Shown: piece by piece, positions 9,799 to 17,345 of the stretch
Numbering within the stretch: the first letter of the stretch is position 1
Layout of the letters: each line of letters begins with the position of its first letter
DNA from: an uncultured virus (IMG/VR IMGVR_UViG_3300040806_001404)
Lineage: Duplodnaviria > Heunggongvirae > Uroviricota > Caudoviricetes
DNA: 20,000 nt
Direction: 5' to 3' (one strand)
IMG/VR virus record: IMGVR_UViG_3300040806_001404
Translations under genes and position numbers: made by a program
Notes under the pieces: model-generated
Told to the model about the DNA's origin: nothing
Database searches by the model: none
What the model saw: only the letters and a program-made list of their open reading frames with translations

Positions 9799-10769
9799 TA
9801 TGCATCTCCTGTATTTACATTTTTATCTGTGGCAATAAATGGAGATGTTTCTGCAATATAATATCCAGATTCTCTTTCGTCAATAGAATCATCAGTGTCA
9901 TATAAATCTTGACGTACAAGTACTCTTTCTTCCTGGAACCCTATAGTTAAATTAACTTCTAATGGAGCGCCACTATCTTTATGCATTGCTGTGCTTCCTT
10001 CATTAAATGTTGATTCTAAAGAAGTTATATAACATGGTTTTATTTTTGGCATATATTGATTTATACCACCATTAGAATAAAATTGTATATCAATTAATGG
10101 TGGATATACTAAAGCAACTGAACCAGCTCTCTTTGGATATAAAAATTTTCTAAAAGTTCTTTCAATTCTTTTAGCCATATCACTTTCTCTTTCATTTTCA
10201 GCAATTAATTTAAAACTAAAACTAAAAGTTCTTACATTTGTGCTTTCATATGCAGTTCTTGTATATGGATTTGTAGCAATACCTAGATTAATAGCACCAG
10301 CACTTGTTATTTTATCAATAGTGCTTGACCCTCCTAGTAATTTATCTTTGCCCATCATAGCAAATGCTCCAACATCAGCATTTGTTATATTAGGACCTTG
10401 GCCGCTTGCCGCGCTTTTTAATAAATTTAAACCACCTCTTATACTACCAACATCAAAATTAGCGTAATTTGCGCCATCTGAAACAGAAAATCCAGGAGGT
10501 TGATATAAATATATTGCTACTCTTTCTGTAGCCGTAACAGGTTTAATACCAAATCGTATAAATGGTAAACCAGTTTCTTGAGCAGACCCATTTAAGTCTA
10601 TAGGATAGCTATAATGATGAAGTCTACTTAAGTCAACTCTTTCTTGACTATACTTATCCATTTCTTCTGAAACTCTGTTTTTAAACTTGTTAGTAAAATT
10701 ATCAAAAAAGCTAGCTTCTTCTTCAGTAGCTGTTTCTATTGTTATGTTTTTGTCTTTTGGTTTAGACAC
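9798..10769 (-). CDS. gp48: Baseplate tail-tube cap gp48
   Basis: 323 aa, GTG start with AGGAG SD at 10776-10780; NPY...YES..VRTFSFSFKLIA, IKPCYITSL and PLEVNLTIGFQE are gp48 family motifs. Confidence 0.82.
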   Translation of the reverse strand: MSKPKDKNITIETATEEEASFFDNFTNKFKNRVSEEMDKYSQERVDLSRLHHYSYPIDLNGSAQETGLPFIRFGIKPVTATERVAIYLYQPPGFSVSDGANYANFDVGSIRGGLNLLKSAASGQGPNITNADVGAFAMMGKDKLLGGSSTIDKITSAGAINLGIATNPYTRTAYESTNVRTFSFSFKLIAENERESDMAKRIERTFRKFLYPKRAGSVALVYPPLIDIQFYSNGGINQYMPKIKPCYITSLESTFNEGSTAMHKDSGAPLEVNLTIGFQEERVLVRQDLYDTDDSIDERESGYYIAETSPFIATDKNVNTGDA

Positions 10770-10781
10770 CTATTTCTCCTA

Positions 10782-10789
10782 TATAAATA
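10782..10789 (+). promoter_or_regulatory. T4-type late promoter TATAAATA driving gp4
   Basis: Perfect TATAAATA in the divergent intergenic region, 34 nt upstream of the gp4 ATG. Confidence 0.8.
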
Positions 10790-10816
10790 CTTGTATGTTA
10801 ATTAATACTATAGAGT

Positions 10817-10824
10817 TATTTATA
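10817..10824 (-). promoter_or_regulatory. T4-type late promoter TATAAATA driving the gp48-gp8 baseplate operon
   Basis: TATTTATA on + at 10817-10824, overlapping the A of the gp4 ATG and pointing toward gp48. Confidence 0.8.
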
Positions 10825-11264
10825 TGAGTTATAGCGGTAGATACACAATAAAACGTCCAGAAAAATATGCTGGTGATGCAAGAAAGGTTGTATATCGATC
10901 TTTGTGGGAAAGACAAGCATTTAAATGGTGTGAAAACAATCCAAAAGTAAAGATGTGGAATTCAGAAGAGGTAGTTGTACCTTATAAATGTACAGTAGAT
11001 AAAAAACTGCATAGGTATTTCGTCGATCTTTTGATACAGATGGAAGACAAAAAGACTTATTTAATAGAAATTAAACCAAAAAATCAAACCATTCCACCTA
11101 AAAAACGTAGTCGTAAGACTAAAAAATATATTAATGAGATGATTACATATAGTAAGAATCAAGATAAATGGGAAGCAGCTGCTCAATTTGCTGAATACAA
11201 AGGTTGGAAGTTTCAAGTATGGACAGAAGAAACTTTAAAAAATCTAGGCATAAAGATACTCTAA
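10824..11264 (+). CDS. gp4: Head completion protein gp4 (TnsA-like PD-(D/E)xK nuclease fold)
   Basis: 146 aa; YSGRY....PEKYAGD, VYRSLWER, WNSEE.VVPY, HRYFVD, LIEIKP, NQDKWEAA and FQVWTE match gp4. Confidence 0.95.
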   Translation: MSYSGRYTIKRPEKYAGDARKVVYRSLWERQAFKWCENNPKVKMWNSEEVVVPYKCTVDKKLHRYFVDLLIQMEDKKTYLIEIKPKNQTIPPKKRSRKTKKYINEMITYSKNQDKWEAAAQFAEYKGWKFQVWTEETLKNLGIKIL

Positions 11265-11269
11265 ATCTG

Positions 11270-11277
11270 TATAAATA
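11270..11277 (+). promoter_or_regulatory. T4-type late promoter TATAAATA 5 nt upstream of the gp2 ATG
   Basis: GTATAAATAGATATATGGCA; same cassette as upstream of gp25. Confidence 0.85.
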
Positions 11278-11282
11278 GATAT

Positions 11283-11930
11283 ATGGCAAGTTTATTCGAT
11301 ACCTTACAAGCAAATGCATTTAGAGCTGGAGTACAAGCTCGTACTAAACAATCGCGTGATTGGTTTAAAAAAGAAGTGCGAGGGTTATCTGTATCAAGAC
11401 AAAAAGTTTTAGGAGATTCAGCTTTAGATAGAACTACTACTAATTTGCGTGGAAGCATGTATATGTATTTTTATGACCCTAAGCATAAAGAAACATTACC
11501 ATACTATGATAGGTTTCCATTGACAATAATGGTAGATGCTGCACCTGGCGGATTCTATGGATTAAATCTACATTATTTAAATTATAATACTCGAGCTAGG
11601 TTTTTAGATGACCTAATGGCATTTGGACCAGCTAAATCTACTGAAAGTTCTCGTCTTACACAATTAAGATATAATTTAATATCGGGCGTAAGAAAATTTA
11701 AAGAATTTAGACCATGCTTTAAACACTATTTAGGAACTAACGTGCGTTCACAGTTTTCAAGAGTCCCAATGACAGATTGGGAGATAGCTATATTCTTACC
11801 AGTAGAACAATTTCAGAAAAAAGGTAAAACTGCTATATGGAACGAAAGTGCTAAAATTGCAAGAAGTACTGGAGGTATAAGTATCAAAAATACTAAAGCT
11901 TATTATATGAGAAATAGGAAGAAAAAATGA
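11283..11930 (+). CDS. gp2: DNA end protector protein gp2
   Basis: 215 aa; MYMYFYDPKHKETLPYYDRFPL, GFYGLNLHYL, RPCFKHYL and WEIAIFLPVEQF match gp2. Confidence 0.95.
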   Translation: MASLFDTLQANAFRAGVQARTKQSRDWFKKEVRGLSVSRQKVLGDSALDRTTTNLRGSMYMYFYDPKHKETLPYYDRFPLTIMVDAAPGGFYGLNLHYLNYNTRARFLDDLMAFGPAKSTESSRLTQLRYNLISGVRKFKEFRPCFKHYLGTNVRSQFSRVPMTDWEIAIFLPVEQFQKKGKTAIWNESAKIARSTGGISIKNTKAYYMRNRKKK

Positions 11931-12562
11931 GTATAGACAGACTAAAATCAACAGTATCTAAAAAAGGTGGATTAGCAAAGGCTAATCGATTCAATGTAAT
12001 GTTTACACCACCAAGTGGTTCACTATTAAACTTTGATGTCGAAAGTATTATTTCATCAGCCATATCAGGCAATTTTAATGCAAAGAATTTAATTAACGAT
12101 CCAAGAGACATTGCATTACTTTGTGATTCAGTATCAATACCAGGAAAACAAATTAGTACATTTGAACATCAGACAGTAAGACAATCTAAAAAAATACCTT
12201 ATGGTACAATACATGATGATGTTTCACTTGGTTTTTTACTTACAAATGATTATTATATGAAAACTCTCTTTGATAAGTGGATAAATAGTATAGTAGATAC
12301 AGATAAATATTGTATCGCATATAAAGAAGATATAGTTACTGATGTAATAATACAACAGTTAGATGAACAAGATATACCAATATATGGTATAAAATTGGAG
12401 GGAGCATTCCCTGTAAGTATGAGTGAAATAGCGTTTTCTAACGAAAGCACTAGCCAGATTCAAAAATTGAATGTGAGTTTTGCTTATGATAAATACGTAC
12501 CACAAGGTGCGTTAAGTAGTACAGGTAGCGCAATAAGAAGTGCGTTATCTATATTTGGATAA
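11927..12562 (+). CDS. gp54: Tail tube initiator / gp19-fold baseplate protein (gp54-like)
   Basis: 211 aa; GGLAKANRFNV, LCDSVSIPGK, FDKWINSI, IIQQLD, LEGAFPVSM and LNVSFAY indicate a tail-tube fold; position between gp2 and gp26 fits gp54. Confidence 0.7.
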   Translation: MSIDRLKSTVSKKGGLAKANRFNVMFTPPSGSLLNFDVESIISSAISGNFNAKNLINDPRDIALLCDSVSIPGKQISTFEHQTVRQSKKIPYGTIHDDVSLGFLLTNDYYMKTLFDKWINSIVDTDKYCIAYKEDIVTDVIIQQLDEQDIPIYGIKLEGAFPVSMSEIAFSNESTSQIQKLNVSFAYDKYVPQGALSSTGSAIRSALSIFG

Positions 12563-12580
12563 TATAATAGGAGAAATATT

Positions 12581-13291
12581 ATGGCTTTACCAGAGCTAAA
12601 TACAGCAAGGTATAGTATTGAAATACCGTCAACTGGTCAAACAGTTACGTATAGACCATACCTAGTGAAGGAAGAAAAGATATTAATGATGGCTATGGAG
12701 ACTAATGACCAAAAGGTTATTATGCAAGCTACCATAGATGTTATTAAATCTTGTGTAGATGATATCGATGATGTTGAAAGTTTAGCAATGTTTGACATTG
12801 AAACTTTATTTTTAGCATTACGAGCTAAATCAGTTGGTGAAAAGATTGATTTAAAAATGAAATGTAATGATGAAACATGCGACATGAGAACTGATGTAGT
12901 CGTAGATTTTGAAGAAATTCAGAATCCAGTAGTTAATAATGAAGAAACTAAAATAATGCTAACAGATGATGTTGGTGTTATAATGAAATATCCATCAGTA
13001 AAACAAGTAAATAGTTTCACTGAAGTTGGAGATGAAGGAGTTGATTCAGCAATGAGTATGATTATTGCTTGTATTGACTCTGTATTTGATGCTGATGATG
13101 TATATGATTCAAGTAATGAATCTAAAAAATCATTAACAAATTTTATTGAATCATTAAGTTCAGTACAATTTATGAAATTGACAGACTTTTTTAATTCAAT
13201 GCCAGCAGTATCATGTACAATTGATTATAAGTGTGCTTGTGGAAAAGATAATACGCAAGAATTAAAGGGCTTACAAAGTTTTTTTACATAG
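12581..13291 (+). CDS. gp26: Baseplate hub assembly protein gp26
   Basis: 236 aa, AGGAG SD; MALPELN, IPSTGQTVTYRPYLVKEEKILMMAME, FDIETLFLALRAKSVGE, MKYPS, C-terminal CACG...LKGLQSFF. Confidence 0.92.
   Translation: MALPELNTARYSIEIPSTGQTVTYRPYLVKEEKILMMAMETNDQKVIMQATIDVIKSCVDDIDDVESLAMFDIETLFLALRAKSVGEKIDLKMKCNDETCDMRTDVVVDFEEIQNPVVNNEETKIMLTDDVGVIMKYPSVKQVNSFTEVGDEGVDSAMSMIIACIDSVFDADDVYDSSNESKKSLTNFIESLSSVQFMKLTDFFNSMPAVSCTIDYKCACGKDNTQELKGLQSFFT
13279..13285 (+). other. Putative -1 programmed frameshift slippery site (T TTT TTT)
   Basis: Seven T's phased X XXY YYZ in the last codons of gp26 (AGT TTT TTT ACA TAG); the -1 frame is the gp51-like frame. Confidence 0.65.
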
Positions 13292-13479
13292 GCCTTTCGC
13301 ACGATAGTCTTGTTAACCATTATAAGACTAATTTTGCAATGATGCAACATCATGGATATAGTTTAACAGAACTAAATGATATGGTACCGTGGGAAAGGGA
13401 GATATACATAGCTCTTTTGCAGGAACACATAGCAGAAGAAAACGAACGCATAAAAGCGGAAAATAGGAGAATGGGATAA
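13285..13479 (+). CDS. gp51: gp51-like baseplate hub assembly ORF, probably expressed as a -1 frameshift extension of gp26 (first in-frame ATG only at 13339)
   Basis: Not in the ORF track. Translation YIGLSHDSLVNHYKTNFAMMQHHGYSLTELNDMVPWEREIYIALLQEHIAEENERIKAENRRMG*; the YKTNFA.MQHH.YSLTE...M.PWEREIY..LL motif is that of the short 'gp51' of marine T4-like phages; its stop overlaps the next ATG (TAATG, 13477-13481). Confidence 0.85.
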   Translation, partial: YIGLSHDSLVNHYKTNFAMMQHHGYSLTELNDMVPWEREIYIALLQEHIAEENERIKAENRRMG

Positions 13480-13856
13480 TGGCTGAAAACCAAGATAACA
13501 GTAGGAATGAAGTAGAAATAGACTTAGATAAGTATATGGCTATGATTGAAAAGCTTGACCAACAAGAAGATACAATCAAGGAAATGAAAGAGGAAGCTAG
13601 GCAAGCTGCAGAAAGATTAGGACCTCGTAAAAGAAAATTCATGGATTTATTCTTAGACGATAACGATTTAAACGAAAAAGCAATCATAGGATTTATATCT
13701 TTCTTTTTAATGATGTGTTTCGGTATAACCGATTTAGTCACAGCATTAGTATGGGATTTAGATTTAAAAGTTTCTGAAACAATATACACTTCATTTGTGG
13801 TAGTAACACTAGGGTCGTTTGGTATTAGTGAAGCTGGTAAAGCATTCGGTAAATAA
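13479..13856 (+). CDS. Small membrane protein (N-terminal coiled coil plus two TM helices), holin-like topology
   Basis: 125 aa, AGGAG SD; charged heptad-like N-half; hydrophobic segments AIIGFISFFLMMCFGITDLVTALVW and IYTSFVVVTLGSFGI. Confidence 0.75.
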   Translation: MAENQDNSRNEVEIDLDKYMAMIEKLDQQEDTIKEMKEEARQAAERLGPRKRKFMDLFLDDNDLNEKAIIGFISFFLMMCFGITDLVTALVWDLDLKVSETIYTSFVVVTLGSFGISEAGKAFGK

Positions 13857-13866
13857 GGATTAAAAT

Positions 13867-15717
13867 ATGGCATTAAAATCTGGACCTGGGTCCACTCCAT
13901 TTGATGATTTAGTCGATAGTGTAAAGAAAATGAATAGTGACCAAAATGCTATAGCAAAAGAAGCTGCAGTATATTCAAAAGAATTACAAGAACATTTAGA
14001 AAAAGATTCTATGAATATGAGTCAATCACAAATTGACGCAATGCAAGATTTAATAATGACTTTAAAAGAAGGTCGATTAGATGATTTAGAAAATGATAAA
14101 GAACAGCTTTTACGCGACCGTATGGAAGCAAGAAGAGATGATGAAAGAAATGATAGCTTATTAGATATATTTAAACAGTTAAAAATGCAGTTTAAACTAT
14201 TACAAGATGCCTTTAAAGGTAAAGATGGTATGAGTATAATAGGACTTATATTCAGAACAGCTTTAGTTGGATTTGTAATAGGTCTAGTCCAAGGGTTTAT
14301 AAAACCATATATGGTAGGAATTAAAGCAATCAGTGGAGCTGTATCAAATGTAGCTAGCAAAGCTTATAAATTTTTTGCATTTGATAAACTATTTAATGCA
14401 ATTAAACTTGGATTTACAAATTTTAGAGTTGGTTTTGTTGACCTTTTTAAAAATAGTCGATTAGCTAAATTTTTCCAAGGTGTCAGTAAAGACTCTCTTG
14501 GAGCAAGATTTTTCAATCAAGTTAAACTAGCATTTAAAGATTTTGGTACATTTGGTAAAAACATAATTAATTTTGTAAAAGCTCTTGGTTTTGCGTTTAT
14601 TGGTTTGTTTACAGGTGCGCCTACTGCATTTAAAAGATTAGCTGATGCAAAATTAGCATTCTCTCCTAAAGGATTTGTCTTTAGAGTCTTAGGAGGTCTT
14701 GTTAATTTTGTTAAAAAGCCATTTACATTAATAATCAATAAAGTAAGAGGAGCTTTTACAGGATTATCGTTTGCTTTAGCTGGTATTGCAGATAAAATTG
14801 GAGGACTATTTAGTCAAGGTGGTAAGACAACTATCTTTACAAAAGCCGCTAATAGGATAAAAGATTTATTTGCTAAACAAGGTCCATTGTCTAGATTCTT
14901 TGGTTTCTTTACTAAAATACAAGGAGTATTTAGAGGAATAGGACAAGTAGTTGGTAAACTACTATGGCCGCTTTTTGCGTTAATTGGATTTATAAAAGGT
15001 GCTACTACAGAAGCTAAAAAAGAAAAAGATACAGCTAACAAAATTATAGCTGGGTTTATTGGTGGTATAGGTGGAGTATTTAGAATTCTTATTGGAGAAT
15101 TCGCAGACTTCTTAAAACAAGCACTAGGATTCTTAATTGATTTAATACCTGGCGTTGATGGTGTAAGAGAAAAATTTGCACAATTCTCATTTGCTGATTT
15201 CTTTGATAAAATATTTGACGCGTATAAAAATGCAGTTCTTGGATTATTGAATACAATAAGAGATTCAATTGCAGATATCGGTGTTGGTGGCTTAATAAAA
15301 AATATTATGCTAAGCCTAATGTCTATCTTTATGAAAATAGCAGCATTTCCAAAGGCAATTGCAGCAGGTGCTTTATCAGCAATAGCAGCAGCTATGCCAG
15401 GTGGAGAAAGTCCGAAAGAAGCTTTTTCTCGTAAATTTAATGAAGTTATGTCTAAAGGACAAGCTGCGGCTGATGCCTTTGAAGCAATGAAAGAAAAAAG
15501 AGATGGTAGAGATTCAGATGGTAATATAATTAAAGCGTTATCTGATGAAGGCAAAATGCTAGCAATGGAAGCAAAAAGAGAAAAATATCCAGCTGGTCCA
15601 CCTACTCAACAGCTTTCATATCAAAATGTTACTGGCGGTGCTACAGTAATAGTTAATGGTGACGCTCCATCAGAAGCGGGTATGAAATTTAAATTCTTTA
15701 ATCAATATTCAGACTAA
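13867..15717 (+). CDS. Tape-measure-like protein (gp29 positional equivalent)
   Basis: 616 aa, AAGGA SD; helical/coiled-coil N-terminus followed by a long G/F/A/K-rich amphipathic region; located downstream of gp26/gp51; length similar to T4 gp29. Confidence 0.6.
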   Translation: MALKSGPGSTPFDDLVDSVKKMNSDQNAIAKEAAVYSKELQEHLEKDSMNMSQSQIDAMQDLIMTLKEGRLDDLENDKEQLLRDRMEARRDDERNDSLLDIFKQLKMQFKLLQDAFKGKDGMSIIGLIFRTALVGFVIGLVQGFIKPYMVGIKAISGAVSNVASKAYKFFAFDKLFNAIKLGFTNFRVGFVDLFKNSRLAKFFQGVSKDSLGARFFNQVKLAFKDFGTFGKNIINFVKALGFAFIGLFTGAPTAFKRLADAKLAFSPKGFVFRVLGGLVNFVKKPFTLIINKVRGAFTGLSFALAGIADKIGGLFSQGGKTTIFTKAANRIKDLFAKQGPLSRFFGFFTKIQGVFRGIGQVVGKLLWPLFALIGFIKGATTEAKKEKDTANKIIAGFIGGIGGVFRILIGEFADFLKQALGFLIDLIPGVDGVREKFAQFSFADFFDKIFDAYKNAVLGLLNTIRDSIADIGVGGLIKNIMLSLMSIFMKIAAFPKAIAAGALSAIAAAMPGGESPKEAFSRKFNEVMSKGQAAADAFEAMKEKRDGRDSDGNIIKALSDEGKMLAMEAKREKYPAGPPTQQLSYQNVTGGATVIVNGDAPSEAGMKFKFFNQYSD

Positions 15718-15743
15718 AAAAAAGGGGACCATTCAGTCCCCTT
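15716..15743 (-). terminator. Intrinsic terminator for gp32 (hairpin between convergent genes)
   Basis: Stem AAGGGGAC (15722-15729) / GTCCCCTT (15736-15743), 6-nt loop; the A8 run at 15716-15723 gives a U-tract on the - strand. Confidence 0.85.
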
Positions 15744-15759
15744 CGAAAATTAAATTTAA

Positions 15760-16674
15760 TTAACTTTCTTTAGCTAGTTTAGCAAAATAGCTGAGCGTAT
15801 CATCTTCATCAGACGAATCAACTGGAGTAGTACCCATTGCTTCCGCATTGGATGTACTCATTCCTTGAGTTGGCGCTGCAGTTTCATTCATTACTGGTGC
15901 TGCTACTGGAGCGTGTCCTGCATCAATACCTAGTACTTTATTCAACTTCATTGAAAGCTCATCGTAAGTTTTATAATTACTTGGCTCTAAGAAATCTTGT
16001 AAAGAATAAAGTTTGTCATAAACTTCGGTTAATCTAGACTCGTCGCCGTCATACAATGATGATGATGAACTAAATTCTGATTTATCGTAGTTTACCCAAC
16101 CTTCTACTTTTCTGATTTTGATTTTGAAGTCTGCGCCTTCCCAGAAATCGTAAGGATTTACTGGGTTTTCATCAGCGAACTGAGGTTGCATGACGTCCAT
16201 AATCTTATCAAAGATTTTCTTACCAAACTTATAAAGAAATACCTTTCCTTCATTTTCTGGATTTGACGGGTCAGAAACAATTAGTACATTACTTACGTAG
16301 TGTAGCCTTCTTTTTCTATCCCTAGCAGTTGCTTTATCTTCGTCTCTACCAGAGTTCCAAAGTACAGAGTTATGCTCCGATACTGGGTCCTGCTGTCCAA
16401 TGGACGTTAAAGAGTTTTCGATATACCATAAGCCAGTTGGTCCCTTGAATCCATGGTCCCAATATCTTACCCAAGGTAAGTCCTCACCATCTTTTGCTGG
16501 TAAGAATCTGACAACGGCATAACCGTTTCCTGCTTTATCTCTTGTAGGCTTCCAAAATCTATCATCCGCATAGGAATTAGTAGTTTCTGGTTTTGCTGAA
16601 GAGACTGCTTCTGCTGCTTTTACGAGTTTGTCGATTGACGAGCCTCGCATGCTCTTTAGATTTTCTAGTGACAT
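15760..16674 (-). CDS. gp32: Single-stranded DNA-binding protein gp32
   Basis: 304 aa; DDRFWKPTRDKAGNGYAVVRFLP, HGFKGPTGLWYIENSLTSIG, VFLYKFGKKIFDKI, PYDFWEGADFKIKI, NYDKSEF and acidic tail DEDDTLSYFAKLA. Confidence 0.97.
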   Translation of the reverse strand: MSLENLKSMRGSSIDKLVKAAEAVSSAKPETTNSYADDRFWKPTRDKAGNGYAVVRFLPAKDGEDLPWVRYWDHGFKGPTGLWYIENSLTSIGQQDPVSEHNSVLWNSGRDEDKATARDRKRRLHYVSNVLIVSDPSNPENEGKVFLYKFGKKIFDKIMDVMQPQFADENPVNPYDFWEGADFKIKIRKVEGWVNYDKSEFSSSSSLYDGDESRLTEVYDKLYSLQDFLEPSNYKTYDELSMKLNKVLGIDAGHAPVAAPVMNETAAPTQGMSTSNAEAMGTTPVDSSDEDDTLSYFAKLAKES

Positions 16675-16737
16675 ATATTTCTCCTGTATTTACACTGTAT
16701 TACTGAATTATCCACTTTATTCATTATATAATAGTAT

Positions 16738-16766
16738 ATTATACCACACTTCTATGGTTTTGTAAA
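16738..16766 (-). promoter_or_regulatory. sigma70/T4-early-type promoter upstream of gp32
   Basis: - strand TTTACA-N17-TATAAT with extended -10 (GTGTGG TATAAT); -35 at 16761-16766, -10 at 16738-16743. Confidence 0.75.
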
Positions 16767-17345
16767 GGTTTCTTTTAATAAATTTAAACATTTATTTCTA
16801 TCAAACTTTACAAATGGTTTGTATTTCATAATTTTTCTATAAATATCAGGCCATATAATAGTGTCCGTAATATTTTTATTTTCGCGTTCTACAAATCCAA
16901 TTATTGAATCCAAGATAACTACTGTTTCCAATAGTATTTCTTCTTGCATCCAAAGCTTTATAATCAATGGATGATTATTATCTTCTGCTTCTAAAAGAGA
17001 ATCAAACGATACATCCATATCATTAAGTTTATTTATATCAGTTTGAAACTGATACGTTAAAGATTCCATAATTTTTTTATGGTCTCTATAATATCTTTCT
17101 CCACCTTCATTAAGCATATCACCGACATACTTAACGTCGTTTTTAAAGTTAGCTATATAAAAATCTTTTAATTCATTTTCATATGTCTTAGCTAGCTTTG
17201 CAAAGAAAAACTTATCTTTTCGTTTAAAGAATGACGTAGGTTTTACTGAAGTCTTAAAATGATATTTAATCGCATCATATCCATCTGTTTCGAAATGTAA
17301 TTTAAGTGCGTTATATAATTTATAAGATTCAAATGGGTCATTCAT
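16752..17345 (-). CDS. gp59: Helicase loader gp59
   Basis: 197 aa; YKLYNALKLHF...YDAIKY, FFKRKDKFFFAKLA, LETVVILD and KIMKYKPF; conserved 33-59-32 order. Confidence 0.92.
   Translation of the reverse strand: MNDPFESYKLYNALKLHFETDGYDAIKYHFKTSVKPTSFFKRKDKFFFAKLAKTYENELKDFYIANFKNDVKYVGDMLNEGGERYYRDHKKIMESLTYQFQTDINKLNDMDVSFDSLLEAEDNNHPLIIKLWMQEEILLETVVILDSIIGFVERENKNITDTIIWPDIYRKIMKYKPFVKFDRNKCLNLLKETFTKP

Noticed and set aside
10504..10511. Intragenic TATAAATA copies at 10504-10511 (+, antisense in gp48), 16838-16845 (+, antisense in gp59) and 17030-17037 (-, in gp59)
   Set aside because: An all-A/T 8-mer is expected by chance several times in 20 kb of such AT-rich DNA, and these are not positioned at gene starts; the 17030 copy could be a late gp32 promoter but has no other support.
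13328..13900. 190 aa - strand ORF
   Set aside because: Antisense to the gp51-like ORF and the membrane protein, which have recognisable motifs or SD and coupling; no family features.
14814..15554. 246 aa antisense ORF, plus 14022-14360 and 14517-14738, opposite the tape-measure-like gene
   Set aside because: Non-ATG starts and no SD; explained as an antisense shadow of the codon bias of the sense gene.
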